Assembly: GCF_009914755.1 (NCBI RefSeq)
Contig: NC_060947.1
DNA length: 64,000 bases
Strand: one strand, 5' to 3'
DNA from: the human T2T-CHM13v2.0 reference genome, Homo sapiens
This document shows, piece by piece, positions 63,400 to 64,000 of this stretch. The notes beneath the pieces are model-generated. The model had not been told where the DNA came from, did no database searches, and saw only the letters and a program-made list of their open reading frames with translations. Numbering within the stretch: the stretch's first letter is position 1; every line of letters starts with the position of its first letter. The position numbers and the translations under genes were made by a program.

Positions 63400-63800
63400 T
63401 TATAATGGTTAAGAGCATGGGCCCTGCAAATAAGCTATCATGGTGTTCAATTCTAGCTCTACCACTGAACTGTGTTACCGTGAGCACTTAACTACCGTCT
63501 GTAAAACAGAGACAGAGACAGCATCTAGCACTTAGCATTACTCATAAATGTTGGTAATATGTAATTTATAGCACATCTACAAAGAATCAGGCACTGTGCA
63601 GAACATTAGGAATATAAATATGAACGAGGAACAGTACCTACATTCAAAGAGTTCAGTCTCATGGAGAAAACAGACATAACAGAGCATATAAATGCTATGA
63701 ATGAAGGTATGTGTGCTAAGGCACTATGCAATACAGAGGAAGAATACTTATCTCAGCATATTCCCAGGGGACAGGTATACTGTGTCTTAAAGGAAGTTAT
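63400..63800. mobile_element. MIR relic followed by L2 relic
   Basis: tggttaagagcatgggccc...ttcaattctagctctaccact, then caggcactgtgcagaacattagg...ttcaaagagttcagtct. Confidence 0.55.
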
Positions 63801-64000
63801 GTAAGCAAAACAAAGGTTACAATAATATCTCCTGAGGCACAATGAGGGTAATCCTTGTGCATCATGTAGACCTGGATGTGAGGTACTATGACTTTGTAAA
63901 GTGTTAAATGCATATTATTGAGTATAAAGGTATTGAAAAAGCCCTATGACCCGCAAACCTCTCCCTCATCCACGAATCAGGCAGCCTGAAATCCCCACAA

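Overview
AT-rich, CpG-depleted primate genomic DNA (human or great ape, since it carries L1PA2/L1PA3 and AluY). Well over half is interspersed repeat. It contains a full-length L1PA3 (35297-41331) and an older full-length L1MA (about 41800-50274), two twin-primed 5'-inverted L1s, several truncated L1s, about 16 Alu/FLAM copies, a MER11 solo LTR, MaLR LTRs, a full-length HSMAR2 mariner, MER44/MADE1 MITEs, and L2/MIR relics. Every long ORF in the supplied track is repeat-derived. A few short, phase-compatible exon-like segments on the minus strand (best: 31991-32064, VIIQLLEVMDHLHRGELVAAILRNR), together with the plus-strand bias of L1/Alu, suggest that the window is the intron-rich body of a minus-strand gene that I cannot name. 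I see no convincing novel multi-gene system. The notable signals are insertion-mechanism and repair scars, a long L1 tail-to-tail inverted repeat, and an L1 antisense promoter aimed at the candidate exons. Repeat subfamily names come from memory of consensus sequences, and the boundaries of old repeats are approximate.
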